A DNA stretch of 64,000 nucleotides from Candidatus Latescibacterota bacterium. GTDB lineage: Bacteria; Latescibacterota; CBDEFO01. The stretch is taken from the NCBI GenBank assembly GCA_965237525.1, contig CBDEFO010000003.1:352001-416000 (forward strand). Reading direction: 5' to 3'. Shown here one piece after another: positions 33,234-44,299 of this stretch. The translations under genes were made by a program, and so were the position numbers. The notes below the pieces were generated by a model. That model worked only from the letters and a program-made list of their open reading frames with translations, made no database searches and was not told where the DNA came from. Every line of letters starts with the position of its first letter. Position 1 is the first letter of the stretch.

Positions 33234-35459
33234 TTGTTAGAGCATTTAGAAGGAACAATAGAGCGGATAACGTACCAAAACGAAGAGACAGGGTACGTGA
33301 TCGCCAAGCTTGAGCCCAAAGGGGATCCCCAACTAAAGCGCAGGCGCAGTTCCCCATCGCAGAGATTCTGGGGGCAGAACAAGAGCGCTCTAAATCTGGT
33401 CACGATAGTGGGCGAAATGGCCTCAGTAAATCCGGGCGAGAACGTGACATTAGAAGGCTACTGGACCACTCACCCCGAGTACGGCCACCAGTTCAAAATT
33501 GAATCTTACAAAATAGTCCATCCTTCGACCGTAGAGGGTTTAAGGAAATATTTGGGCTCAGGGCTCATCAAGGGAATAGGACCTGTTACCGCCAGTAGAA
33601 TCGTGGATCATTTCGGTCTGGAGACTTTAGAAGTTATCGAAAACGATCCCGAACGTCTATCAGAGACCCCCGGTGTAGGTGAAAAAAGAGTCAAGATGAT
33701 AGGAAAGGCATGGCAGGAGCAGAGGAAAGTAAAGGATGTGATGCTGTTCCTTCAATCTCACGACGTCAGCACAGGCTATGCGACCAAGATTTACAAACAG
33801 TACGGAGACAATGCCATAAACGTAGTAAAGAATAATCCATATCAACTGGAAAGAGATATATGGGGGATAGGTTTCCTGACGGCGGACAAGATAGCCAGGA
33901 GCATAGGAATAGAGAACGACTCTATCGAGAGAATAAAGGCGGGGATAAGGTATGCGCTCAATAAGCTCTCCGAGGAGGGACACGTCTATGCCCCCTCCTT
34001 GGAACTTGTGGACAAGGCTGTGGAGTTTCTGGAGGTGAGGGCGGAGCTCGTATCTGAGGCTTTAGGGGTGATGGAGCAGGATAAAGAGATTGTAGTTGAG
34101 GGTGGGAGAGTCTTTTTGCCCCCTTTATATTACGCTGAGGTGGGAATTGCTAATAACTTAAAGCGGCTTATGCTCTCCCCGCTCTTCGGGAGGAATTTCG
34201 ACGCCCAGAAAGAGATAGAACACATAGAAAAAAGGAGCAGCATAAGATTCTCCAAAAGGCAAACAGTTGCGATTCAAACCTCCCTTACGGATAAGGTGAT
34301 GGTCCTAACAGGGGGGCCAGGGACGGGAAAGACGACTATCACCAGGGGGATAATAGATGTCTTTGAATCCAACGGGCTGAGAGTCATGCTGTGCGCTCCT
34401 ACAGGGAGAGCGGCCAAAAGGCTCTCTGAGGCCACCGGAAGGAGAGCACAAACCGTTCACAGACTCCTGGGATTCAAGCCGGGTGAAGGTGCTTTCCAGA
34501 AGGACAGGGAAAACCTATTAGATGCGGATGTCCTTATTGTGGATGAGATGTCCATGGTGGATGCGCCCTTGATGAACAGCCTCGTGCGGGCACTTCCTCA
34601 CCAGGCCAGGCTTATCCTTGTGGGAGACGCCGATCAACTGCCCTCTGTAGGGGCTGGAAATGTGCTGAGAGACATAATAGATTCGGGAGAAATTCCAATT
34701 GTCGAGCTATATGAGATATTCCGTCAGGAACGAGGGAGTTTGATCGTTACGAACGCTCATAAGATAAATAGCGGAGAATATCCGTATATTAATAACAAAG
34801 ATTCCAGGGATTTCTTCTTCGTAGAGGAGGAGGACACGGAGTCCACCCCGGGGATAATCGAGGATCTCTGCAAAAGGAGGATCCCAAAGAGGACAGGCCT
34901 TGACCCTATAGACGACATTCAGGTCATCTGTCCTATGTACAAGGGAGAGACAGGTGTCATAAATCTAAACAGCAGGCTTCAGGAGGCTCTAAATCCGATT
35001 CCAGAGATGCCAAAGAAGCCTGTTGATGCACTAAGGATCAGAAGAGGAAACACGGAGTACAGGGTCAAAGATAAGGTGATGCAGATGAGGAATAACTACA
35101 GCAAGATGGTGTTCAACGGAGACATAGGGGCCATAAAGACGATAAATTTGGAGGATCAGAGTCTCAGTGTCATGTTCGATAGACTCGTGGAGTACGACTT
35201 CCGAGAATTAGATGAGTTAATATTAGCGTACGCCGTCTCTGTGCACAAATATCAGGGCAGTGAGTGCAGGGCAATGGTTATGCCTTTGACGACCCAGCAC
35301 TATATGATGCTTCAGAGAAATCTGCTGTACACAGCGGTGACAAGGGCCAGAGACATGGTGGTGCTTGTAGGAACGAAGAAGGCCCTGTGGATAGCCATCA
35401 AGAACGATAAAGTGGCAGAAAGATACACGTCGCTGGACGAAAGACTGAAAGAGCAGTAG
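33234..35459 (+). CDS. recD2: ATP-dependent RecD-like helicase
   Basis: HhH IKGIGP, GGPGTGKT, APTGRAA, DEMSM, GDADQLPSVG, HKYQGSE, YTAVTR. Confidence 0.95.
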   Translation: MLEHLEGTIERITYQNEETGYVIAKLEPKGDPQLKRRRSSPSQRFWGQNKSALNLVTIVGEMASVNPGENVTLEGYWTTHPEYGHQFKIESYKIVHPSTVEGLRKYLGSGLIKGIGPVTASRIVDHFGLETLEVIENDPERLSETPGVGEKRVKMIGKAWQEQRKVKDVMLFLQSHDVSTGYATKIYKQYGDNAINVVKNNPYQLERDIWGIGFLTADKIARSIGIENDSIERIKAGIRYALNKLSEEGHVYAPSLELVDKAVEFLEVRAELVSEALGVMEQDKEIVVEGGRVFLPPLYYAEVGIANNLKRLMLSPLFGRNFDAQKEIEHIEKRSSIRFSKRQTVAIQTSLTDKVMVLTGGPGTGKTTITRGIIDVFESNGLRVMLCAPTGRAAKRLSEATGRRAQTVHRLLGFKPGEGAFQKDRENLLDADVLIVDEMSMVDAPLMNSLVRALPHQARLILVGDADQLPSVGAGNVLRDIIDSGEIPIVELYEIFRQERGSLIVTNAHKINSGEYPYINNKDSRDFFFVEEEDTESTPGIIEDLCKRRIPKRTGLDPIDDIQVICPMYKGETGVINLNSRLQEALNPIPEMPKKPVDALRIRRGNTEYRVKDKVMQMRNNYSKMVFNGDIGAIKTINLEDQSLSVMFDRLVEYDFRELDELILAYAVSVHKYQGSECRAMVMPLTTQHYMMLQRNLLYTAVTRARDMVVLVGTKKALWIAIKNDKVAERYTSLDERLKEQ

Positions 35460-35780
35460 ACAGCAAACAGTAGACAGTAGACAGAGGCACAGCCTCACCT
35501 CCCTCCGAGATTGCTTTGTCAGACATTCCTGTCTGACCCACCGTGACGGGTAGGACGGACATTCTTGTCTGTCCTATGAAAGGCCCGGACAAGCACTGTC
35601 ATTGCGAGCCGAAGCCCAGAGCCCTTAGCCCAGAGCGAAGCGAAGGGGCAGCGAAGCAATCTCAAGTGGATGAAGGGATAACCTGTCTATTGTCCGAACA
35701 CACGGGTTGGCCCCTACGAATTTGTCCTCTACCATTGTTTGTAGGGGCAGACCCACGTGTCTGCCCTATCTCATGTATCT
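35453..35780. repeat. composite nested palindromic intergenic element
   Basis: (AGTAGAC)n, GAGATTGC, GTCAGACATTCCTGTCTGAC, GTCATTGCGAG..GAAGCAATCTC and family C modules. Confidence 0.8.
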
Positions 35781-35795
35781 ACGAAGGACTCTAAG

Positions 35796-36944
35796 TTGAA
35801 CCTAACCTCTAAAATAAAAAAACGAGCCGCAGACCTCGGCTTCGACCTTGTGGGCGTCTCCCGCGCTCTGCCACTTCCGGGAGGGGACTTCTACCAAGAG
35901 TGGCTGGAAAAGGGCTACGCAGGCAACATGGAATATATGGAGAGGAACGCGGAAAAAAGGAAAGATCCCGGGAATCTGATAGAGGGAGCCTTATCTGTTA
36001 TATCCGTTGGGATGAACTACTTTGTAAAGGGAGACAGTGCCCCCGAAGATGGAGGCATCTACGGAAGGATAGCGATGTATGCGCTAGGAGACGACTATCA
36101 CGATCATATCAAGAAAAAGCTCTTCGACCTTCTGGAGTTTATAGAGGAGGAGTACAGCGGGGAGGTTAAAGGAAAGGCCTATGTGGACACCGGTCCCGTC
36201 CTGGAACGTGAAATAGGGAACCTTGCGGGGATAGGTTGGTACGGCAAAAACACGAATCTCATAAATAAAGAGATAGGATCGTGGCTCTTGCTGGGTGAGA
36301 TAGTTTTGAATATTGAACTTGAGTACGACGAACCTGCCCTGGACCACTGCGGGACGTGTACAGCGTGTCTCGATGTCTGTCCGACGGAGGCGCTGGTTGA
36401 TCCTTACGTTCTGGACTCGACGCTGTGCATTTCCTATCTGACTATAGAGTTGAAAGGCCCGATCCCTCTCGAACTCAGGCCCCTTGTAGGAGACTATATA
36501 TTCGGGTGTGACGACTGTCAGGATGTGTGCCCCTGGAACAGCAAAGCTGAAGAAACAGATGAACCGGCATTTCAGCCGAGAGACGGCTTTTCGGCGCCCT
36601 CTCTTGTCTCCCTTATGGGAATGGACGATGAGGCGTTCAGGTCACGTTTTAAGGGCAGCCCCATCAAAAGGGCAAAAAGGAGGGGATTTTTGAGAAACGT
36701 GGCTGTCGCTCTGGGAAATTCTGGGAAGAAGGAGGCTATTCCCGTGCTTGTAAAATCGCTGAGGGACGACGACCCGCTCATACGGGGTCACTCTGCGTGG
36801 GCGTTAGGTCAAATCGGGGGGGATGAGGCAAAGAACGCTATGGAACAGGTCTTGGAGGTAGAGAATGATGAGGAGGTAACAAAAGAATTAGAGTATGCCC
36901 TACAGAGTCTTAACCTAATGGGAACGGGTCTGCATAATTCATAA
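35796..36944 (+). CDS. queG: tRNA epoxyqueuosine(34) reductase with HEAT repeats
   Basis: DYH, VDTGPVLER, GKN, CGTCTACLDVCPT, GCDDCQDVCPWN. Confidence 0.95.
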   Translation: MNLTSKIKKRAADLGFDLVGVSRALPLPGGDFYQEWLEKGYAGNMEYMERNAEKRKDPGNLIEGALSVISVGMNYFVKGDSAPEDGGIYGRIAMYALGDDYHDHIKKKLFDLLEFIEEEYSGEVKGKAYVDTGPVLEREIGNLAGIGWYGKNTNLINKEIGSWLLLGEIVLNIELEYDEPALDHCGTCTACLDVCPTEALVDPYVLDSTLCISYLTIELKGPIPLELRPLVGDYIFGCDDCQDVCPWNSKAEETDEPAFQPRDGFSAPSLVSLMGMDDEAFRSRFKGSPIKRAKRRGFLRNVAVALGNSGKKEAIPVLVKSLRDDDPLIRGHSAWALGQIGGDEAKNAMEQVLEVENDEEVTKELEYALQSLNLMGTGLHNS

Positions 36945-36979
36945 TTAGCAACTTTGTTTTAGCCACAGGAAGGTTTCAA

Positions 36980-37374
36980 ATGTCCAGTACAGCCACTACG
37001 AACGCAGTTGAGTGCATAGTTCCAATCCTAAGTGTCAAGGACATTTCAGTCAGCATAGATTACTATGTAAAGGTGCTTGGCTTCAAGCAGGAATGGTCTT
37101 ATGGCGCAGCCTCACCTACATTTGCAGGAGTATCACGTGACAGCTTTTCCATCTACCTATGCCAAGGGATGCCCAAGGCCAACCCGGGACATGGATCTGG
37201 ATCGGCGTTGAGGATGCTGCTGCACTCTTTGAGGAGTATAAGGCGCGGGGCGCTACGATCCGACAGGAACCGACAAACTATTCCTGGGCATATGAGATGA
37301 GAGTCGAGGATCCTGATGGTCACGTTCTGCGCATTGGTTCAGAACCAATGGAAGGTGAGCCTTCAAAGGACTGA
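36980..37374 (+). pseudogene. VOC/glyoxalase-bleomycin resistance family gene, frameshift ~37165
   Basis: PILSVKD..YYVKVLGF, then DPDGHVLRIG in another frame. Confidence 0.8.
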
Positions 37375-37790
37375 AATTGTCATGCAACTACGAGTGCCAA
37401 CCCGCGGATGAACCAGCCGCGGTAATGGAGAACCAGTAACACAAGTAGACAGCATACAGGAAGAAAGGGTCTCAGTGAGATTGCTTCGGGGTGAACGCCC
37501 TCGCAATAACTCCGGTAAAGTAACGGTCATTGTGAATCGCCTACTACGGCCATCGCTAGTAGCTCCTCTGTGTCATTGCGACCCCGTCCGATGGAATCTA
37601 TCGGGGTTAGATCGGGGGAAGGGGAACGATCTCATGTAGGCTGTTTATCCCTGCATTGTGTCCGAAATATTTTGATCTGATACTTAGAATTCAGTATTAG
37701 AAGAGCCCAGTTGTTGCGGAATAATACAAATAGAATATCAAAACGTGACCCAGATCACAGACTTTGATTTTAGATATGCGTATCGTTCTG

Positions 37791-37819
37791 TTGACATTTC
37801 TTATGGGATCATGTATTCT
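37791..37819 (+). promoter_or_regulatory. sigma70-type promoter
   Basis: TTGACA-17 bp-TATTCT upstream of the gene at 39542 (before IS insertion). Confidence 0.55.
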
Positions 37820-38019
37820 TATTTATCTGTTTCCCCCTTCCAGCAGCGAAATCTCCCAAATTCAAGCGGGAGGTTAATTGCTGGTTGGGTAGATTAACTA
37901 TGTACAAATAGCTGCAGAAGGAAGTAGATAAAAGCGGATCAGCAACAACTACTAATGGTGCACGAACTTTCTTAATTTTTTTGTTTCTACCGATATTTCC
38001 ACAGTAAAGGAGAGCTTAA

Positions 38020-39538
38020 AAGCCTTGTGAAAAACCCTTAGATTCAGAAAGTAGTATAAAACAAGCATTGATAAAGCAGCTCCGATGTATTATATTATGT
38101 TATTGATAATATTATACATGGAGGAAACAATGACCCCACAAAAGCAGGAACAGACAAATCCGATGTTTCACTATTTTCAGATGGAGGATTTAGTTCCCGA
38201 GGATCATATCCTTCGTCAGATTGATGAGGCAGTTGATTTTTCATTTGTACGAGACGTTGTATCAGATTGTTATTGCCCTGACAATGGCAGACCCGGTATT
38301 GATCCTGAATTAGTTGTTCGAATGATCCTTATTGGCTATCTGTATAATTTGAGTGAGAATCGGCTCTGTCAGGAAGTGGGGATGCATGCGGCATATCGGT
38401 TGTTTTGTCATCAGACATTTGATGATGCGGTTCCGGATAGGAGCACGATCAACAAGCTTCGCAATCACAAGTGGGCATCCAGTGGGTTGTTTGAACGGAT
38501 AATGCGTCAGGTAGTCCAGTGTTGCATAGATGTCGGTCTTGTGAGCGGTAAACACCTTAGTGTCGACGGCACTCAGATACAAGCTGATGCTTCAGTGAAA
38601 AGTATTGAGCCGATAGAACCCCCTGTTTCTCTTGATGATTATCTCAAGGGAATCGGTTTTGAAGGTGATAAGACAAAGGGTAGGTCCGGGCATCCTCAGG
38701 ATAAAGACTTTCATGGTGAAAAGTGGACGAACCAAACACACCGTTCGACTACAGACCCCGACGCGCGCTTATACAGCAAATCGAAGGGCAAAGGGGCTTT
38801 TCTCTCGTTTATGGGCCATGATCTGATCGACACAAAAAGCAGAGTAATCCTTGAGACTCAGGGCACGCAGGCGACAGGGACAGCAGAGCCCGAAAGTGCC
38901 CTTAAGATGGTAGATGACCTTGAAACATACACCATGCCCAAAGACATTCAGACACTTAGTGCCGATACCGGTTACGGTTCTGGTAATTTTATCGCTGATG
39001 TACTTGACCGGGGAATCATACCCCATATTCCTCTGCGAGCCGATGAGAAGATTGAACCGATTCCTACATGGAAAAACAAGACAAATTCAGCACATATTCA
39101 GGCCGAACGGGATAGAAAAGTGCGAGAGGCGAAAGCCAGAAATCATGCACGGTCTATCTCATTAACAGCTGACTACAAACTCTCCCGGAGACTCCGTAAA
39201 CGCAGTGAACATATCTTTGCTGAAGCCAGGCAACAACACGGTATGGGACGAGCCCGTTACAGAGGACCAGCCTCACTGAATGAACAGTTGAATCTTGTTG
39301 CAACAGTACAGAATCTCAAGAGGCTTGTATCTTTCATAAGAAGGGGGAAAGCGTCTATGTGTGCCCTGTCTGTCAAAGACAGTGCATCCTGTTCTTCAAA
39401 CAGCTCCTGTTCCTTGCTGACCAGAACTCTGATAAGACTATTTTGCTTATTCCACAGCAAAACGATACGATATGCTACTCTTTGACCCATAATCGGCGCT
39501 TCAGACGCTGCCTGGGACATAACTATTTCACAAGGCTT
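38020..39538 (+). mobile_element. IS1182-family element, copy 2 (1519 bp)
   Basis: Same IRs as copy 1; TTAA duplication. Confidence 0.95.
38130..39485 (+). CDS. IS1182-family transposase
   Basis: Near-identical to copy 1. Confidence 0.92.
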   Translation: MTPQKQEQTNPMFHYFQMEDLVPEDHILRQIDEAVDFSFVRDVVSDCYCPDNGRPGIDPELVVRMILIGYLYNLSENRLCQEVGMHAAYRLFCHQTFDDAVPDRSTINKLRNHKWASSGLFERIMRQVVQCCIDVGLVSGKHLSVDGTQIQADASVKSIEPIEPPVSLDDYLKGIGFEGDKTKGRSGHPQDKDFHGEKWTNQTHRSTTDPDARLYSKSKGKGAFLSFMGHDLIDTKSRVILETQGTQATGTAEPESALKMVDDLETYTMPKDIQTLSADTGYGSGNFIADVLDRGIIPHIPLRADEKIEPIPTWKNKTNSAHIQAERDRKVREAKARNHARSISLTADYKLSRRLRKRSEHIFAEARQQHGMGRARYRGPASLNEQLNLVATVQNLKRLVSFIRRGKASMCALSVKDSASCSSNSSCSLLTRTLIRLFCLFHSKTIRYATL

Positions 39539-39541
39539 TTA

Positions 39542-40960
39542 ATGATGTTAAACTTACGAAAATCTGTTCTATCGCTGGCGGCTATTGCTTTTTTCTTCGG
39601 AATCGTTACGAGTGCTCACGCCCAACTGACCAACCCGAGCTTCGAGACAGGTGACCTAAAGGGTTGACACTCCTCTGGATCTGTCAAAGCCGTTAGGTTC
39701 GGTGGTGGCAATTACCCAAAAGACGGCAAGTACTTCGCCTTTCTCACGGCCAGTGTGTACGGTAGCACCATTTCGCAGACGTTCACGGCAAATGCGGGAG
39801 ACAAAATCTCAGGCTGGGCCTTCTTCAACGTTCAAAGCGGGTCGGCGCAGGTGCAGATCACAGAGAGCGGGTACAAGGGTATATTTAAAACCTCAATTAC
39901 GAGCCCTAAGTGGACCAGCTGGGAGTACAGGTTTAAGAAGAAGGGAAAGTACACCATAAAGGCGCTTCTCTCGCTCAAGAAGGGAGTCAAATTCAAGAAG
40001 GGCAGCGGCATGGGGTTGGACGGCCTTGTACTTGGCAGCGGGAACCGGCTACCGACGGCAGATGCTGGTCCAGACCAGAAGGTAGAATGCGCGGGTCCCG
40101 CAGGAACAAAGGTAACCCTGGACGGTTCGGGATCAAGCGATCCTGATAAGGATTATCTTAGGTACACCTGGAACGGATCCTTCGGGACGGTCACCGGCGC
40201 GAGTCCGACGGTTGCCCTCTCCCACGGCGCCCACGCCATCAAGCTTACGGTGGATGACGGCAAAGGCGGGAAGGATTCAGACAAGGTGACCATCACGATT
40301 ATGGACACTACGCCGCCGAAGATCAGCGTATCAGTGGACCCTGATGAACTGTGGCCGGCCAACCACAAGATGAAGACTATCACAGCTACCGTTACTGTGA
40401 CGGACATCTGCGATCCATCACCCGGCGTCGTGTTGACTACTATCGAAAGCGATGAACCGGACGGAGACTCTGACGCTATCCAGGCTGACAGCGGCACGGA
40501 CGATCGGGAGTTCCTGTTGCGTGCGGAGCGATCTGGAAACGGAGATGGACGGGTCTATACGATCACCTATACAGCGCAGGATGTGTCGGGGAACAGCAAC
40601 AGCGCATCGTCAACTGTGACGGTACCCCACGACAAGGGACAAGGGAAGGCGAAAGGAAGAGCGAAGGTGGCTCTAACGCCTGATACCTACAGCTTACAGC
40701 AGAACCATCCGAATCCGTTCAACCCTGAGACAATGATTGAGTATGCACTCCCGGCGGAAACACACATCCGATTGGTCGTGTACAACCAGATGGGTCAGAT
40801 TGTAAGAACACTGGTGGATGGTCACAGATCAGAAGGCAGCTACGCCATAGTCTGGGATGGCACGGACGATAGCGGAGAAGACCTCGCCAGCGGAATCTAT
40901 CTGTATCGGATAGAGGCGGATGGATTTGTGCAGACGAGGAAGATGACCTTAATGAGGTAG
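39542..40960 (+). pseudogene. secreted PKD-domain protein with C-terminal FlgD/T9SS-like sorting domain; in-frame TGA at 39665
   Basis: Signal peptide (..AHA-Q), NPSFETGDLKG*, ADAGPDQ..LDGSGSSDPD, LWPANHKM, QNHPNPFNPET..ASGIYLYRI. Confidence 0.8.
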
Positions 40961-40998
40961 GCTCTTTGTCCCATCTCACACAAGCTCACAAAGTAACT

Positions 40999-41036
40999 AA
41001 CAGACAGCCCGTCAGAGATGGCGGGCTGTCTGTTTT
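40999..41036 (+). terminator. intrinsic terminator
   Basis: AACAGACAGCCCG(T)CA-loop-TG(G)CGGGCTGTCTGTT followed by T residues. Confidence 0.75.
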
Positions 41037-41194
41037 GTCATTCATAGGACTGCCCATTGAGTCAGAGTGGCAAAACCGCATTGCAGGATTGTAACAACAA
41101 TTTCAAGACGTGCTTGAGGCTCTGGGCGCTACACAGTACTAGGAAGGCACACGGGATTATGCCAGCACAGAATAAGCTTATCATTCTAAAACCG

Positions 41195-42268
41195 ATGAAT
41201 AAAACGAAAAGATCGATTTTCTACACTGTCCTGATGCTCTTTATCTCCTTGAATACACTTCTCTACACAGGGGATCTTTTCGGATCTCAGCTTGTGGGTG
41301 ATTTCGACGGAGACAATGACGTAGATCGTTCTGATTTTGTTCTTTTCGAGGATGTGTTTGGAACGACGTTCAGCTCAGCCGATTGGAATCCTGTGTTCGA
41401 TTTGGATGATGATGGCGAGATCAGTTTGTCCGACTTTTTGATCTTTGTGCATAACTTCGGCAAGAGTGTAGAGAAAAATGTCTCCGTCAAAACTGAAAAT
41501 CAAAGAACTATATTGTCTTTTCCCGACTATACCCTCGCGGTACAGTATGGCGAACCCGTTGGTATTGTTTCGCTTAAACTTACTGATCAGCAGACGGATT
41601 TTGTGCACCGGAACCTGCCCTTAGGAGACTGGGAATGGTTCAAGATAGATCTGAACGGTCGTCAGAAATGGCTAAAACTGATTATGCCTGAGTGGAGTAG
41701 CCCTGTTCTGAAAACATCTGGTGATCCTGTTGTCCTGAGGTTTGTCAGAGAGAACTCAATTGCGCCGGGCATCAGTCTGGGGGTCGAATATAACCTGAAT
41801 CGCGACAGACCAGAATTTGATATACACTATTCTATCAGCAATTCATCTGGAGAGACGCTCAGAAGCCCCTATGTGATGATCGGCTTTCCGGGATTCTCAA
41901 ATTACGAACAGGTATCCTCTGTTGAAACTGCGCTTGAAACCCGTGTCACCGCAAGCCCTTACACCAATTTCCGCGATGAGGCAATTGCGGTTAACAGAGC
42001 TGAATACCTGCTGTTGCGTCACAATGTGTCTCCTCGTTCAGGTTCCCTTGAGGTCCTAAAGGGAGTTGTCTCCATTAAAGAAGCCAGCCGTATCTTCACA
42101 CTGGAATCTTCTTTTGTGCCTGACAAGACATACAGTCAGGTCTACTCTGCCTATGTCAATAAACCTGCGTACTTGACGTGCCACATCTATGCCTTTCTCA
42201 CCGATATCCCTAATGGAGAAGAAAGAAGAATCACTATCCATTACACCGTCTATAAGAAAGAACCATAG
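41195..42268 (+). CDS. secreted protein with an N-terminal dockerin-like EF-hand pair and an unknown domain
   Basis: Signal-like N-terminus; GDFDGDNDVDRSDF..F and DLDDDGEISLSDF..F. Confidence 0.7.
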   Translation: MNKTKRSIFYTVLMLFISLNTLLYTGDLFGSQLVGDFDGDNDVDRSDFVLFEDVFGTTFSSADWNPVFDLDDDGEISLSDFLIFVHNFGKSVEKNVSVKTENQRTILSFPDYTLAVQYGEPVGIVSLKLTDQQTDFVHRNLPLGDWEWFKIDLNGRQKWLKLIMPEWSSPVLKTSGDPVVLRFVRENSIAPGISLGVEYNLNRDRPEFDIHYSISNSSGETLRSPYVMIGFPGFSNYEQVSSVETALETRVTASPYTNFRDEAIAVNRAEYLLLRHNVSPRSGSLEVLKGVVSIKEASRIFTLESSFVPDKTYSQVYSAYVNKPAYLTCHIYAFLTDIPNGEERRITIHYTVYKKEP

Positions 42269-42307
42269 GTAAGGGACAGATAAGGCAAGATTGCTTCGCC
42301 ACTTCCT

Positions 42308-43825
42308 TTATCTTCTCTCTCCGAAGTGGTCCAGAAAGACAACAAAGTCGCTGAGCTCTACTTTATCATCTCCATCGAGGTCGAATTTCTCGTCGAATGC
42401 GGTACCACCTAAGCTGGATCCGAAGGCATCAAGGAATAGAACAAAGTCAGCAAGTCCCACCTCGTCATCTTCGTTGAAATCCCCTATAATTTCAGGTACG
42501 TTCTTTACAACAATTCTCACAGAGTCGGATTGACTATCCGCTTCTCCATCGCTGACGACAAGTGTAAAGGTTAATACTAAAGTCTCCGCAACATCAGGAA
42601 GAATAAATGTGGGGCTCTGAATTGTTCGATCTGATAAAGTGACCACAGGGCCTGACACCTGACTCCAAAGATATGTCAAAATATCTCCATCAGGATCGCT
42701 GCTGCCCGAACCGTTCAAGACTACCCTGTCTCCCTCTCCTACTGTCTGATCCGGTCCAGCATTCGCTATGGGAGGCTTGTTGACATCGTTTACAGTAATG
42801 CTCACAGAGTCGGGCTGACTATCCACTTGTCCGTCGCTGACGACAAGCACAAACGTAAATATTAAAGTCTCCGCAACCTCAGGAAGAATAAATGTGGGGC
42901 TCTCGGTTGTTCTGTCTGATAAAGTGACCGAAGGTCCTGACATCTGACTCCAAAGATATGTTAACACATCTCCATCAGGATCGCTGCTGCCCGAACCGTC
43001 CAGAATCAACGTGTCCCTCTCGTCCACTCTCTGATCCACTCCAGCATTTGCTATTGGAGGCTTGTTGACATCGTTTACCGTAATGCTCACAGAGTCGGGC
43101 TGACTATCCGCTTGTCCGTCGCTGACGACAAGCACAAACGTAAATATTAAAGTCTCCGCAACCTCAGGAGCGACAAATGTCGGACTCTGAGCCGTATCGC
43201 TGGATAGTGTGACCGAAGGACCTGACATCTGACTCCAAAGATATGTCACAATATCTCCATCAGGATCGCTGCTGCCCGAACCGTCCAGAATCAATGTGTC
43301 TCCCTCGTTTACAGTGGTGTCTACGCCGGCGTATGCGGTGGGAAGCTCCGGGAAGAAGACCGTCCTGGTCAAAATTGAAACAGCGACTCCCCCTTCATTC
43401 ACCTCAAATCTATCGATCGTAAAGTTCCCGATGCCCTGGGGATCTATCACCTCGAAAGGAATTCGAAGGATCTCACCGGATCCCTCTATTGGAGAAGCCG
43501 AAGCAAATGCCACCTTTACTGCATTTCCGACAGTGTTTGGAAAAAACAGAAAGCTACCTGTTATTTCGTGGGTTATTTCGTCGGTTATTACATTGAACAC
43601 ATCGCTGCTGAATGTGATAAATATCTCGATAGAGTTTACACTGTCCTCCGGAGCGATAGTATCTACAACGACGGTGATGAATAAGGTGCTATCGGGCATC
43701 TCTTGAACAGGACCGAGACCGACGTTGATGTCGCCATAGGCAGTGTGTGCAGTCAAGATAACCAGGCCCATAGCAAAAGTGGACAAACCCGCAAAGATGA
43801 CCAAGACATTTTTGAATCTTTCCAT
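42308..43825 (-). CDS. secreted cohesin-like + 3x PKD/Ig-like + dockerin-like protein
   Basis: Signal peptide; cohesin-like ITFSSDVF..GSGEILRIPFEV; three 95-aa repeats; C-terminal GDFNEDDEVGLADF / DLDGDDKVELSDF. Confidence 0.75.
   Translation of the reverse strand: MERFKNVLVIFAGLSTFAMGLVILTAHTAYGDINVGLGPVQEMPDSTLFITVVVDTIAPEDSVNSIEIFITFSSDVFNVITDEITHEITGSFLFFPNTVGNAVKVAFASASPIEGSGEILRIPFEVIDPQGIGNFTIDRFEVNEGGVAVSILTRTVFFPELPTAYAGVDTTVNEGDTLILDGSGSSDPDGDIVTYLWSQMSGPSVTLSSDTAQSPTFVAPEVAETLIFTFVLVVSDGQADSQPDSVSITVNDVNKPPIANAGVDQRVDERDTLILDGSGSSDPDGDVLTYLWSQMSGPSVTLSDRTTESPTFILPEVAETLIFTFVLVVSDGQVDSQPDSVSITVNDVNKPPIANAGPDQTVGEGDRVVLNGSGSSDPDGDILTYLWSQVSGPVVTLSDRTIQSPTFILPDVAETLVLTFTLVVSDGEADSQSDSVRIVVKNVPEIIGDFNEDDEVGLADFVLFLDAFGSSLGGTAFDEKFDLDGDDKVELSDFVVFLDHFGERR
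42500..43345 (-). repeat. three intragenic 285-bp tandem repeats
   Basis: CAGGATCGCTGCTGCCCGAACC recurs at 42691, 42976 and 43261. Confidence 0.9.
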
Positions 43826-44299
43826 AGATTCTGGTGCCGAGGGGAGATCCCGATTCACCCGGGGTGAGGAATCAGCACTTTCTCCTTTCTAAGTATCGGG
43901 TCAAAATAGTCTGGAGGTGACTGTAGAGAACCAGCATAGCACACACCAAATAGTAGGCGAATAATTTTAAGTGAGATTGTTTCGCCTACCTCCCAATGAT
44001 ATCTCTTACCTTCAGTGATCGCGAGGGCTGAAACCGCGTAGCAATCTGAACGGAAGGGAGGATCTGTCTCTGACTACCATATGCTGTCTATGGTTTACTT
44101 GCTATAATATATCATCCTTTCCTTGGATAGGCAATATCCTTTCTTGCTTCAGACAATTTCTGATATATGAACAGGAAGAAAAGCTTGCTGCGAAGTAGAA
44201 CCCTCTTTACATCCTGAAAGAAATTTAGTACTATAGCTCAAGTTGTGCCCTCGTACTAAGACCCCAAAACTCATCAGAACTCAGTTCAAAGGATAACAA

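Noticed and set aside
36940..37425. VOC gene as an integron cassette
   Set aside because: Flanks do not match RYYYAAC/GTTRRRY well and no full attC hairpin is visible.
41060..41170. c-di-GMP riboswitch-like GGCAAAACC
   Set aside because: The remaining conserved elements of the aptamer are missing.
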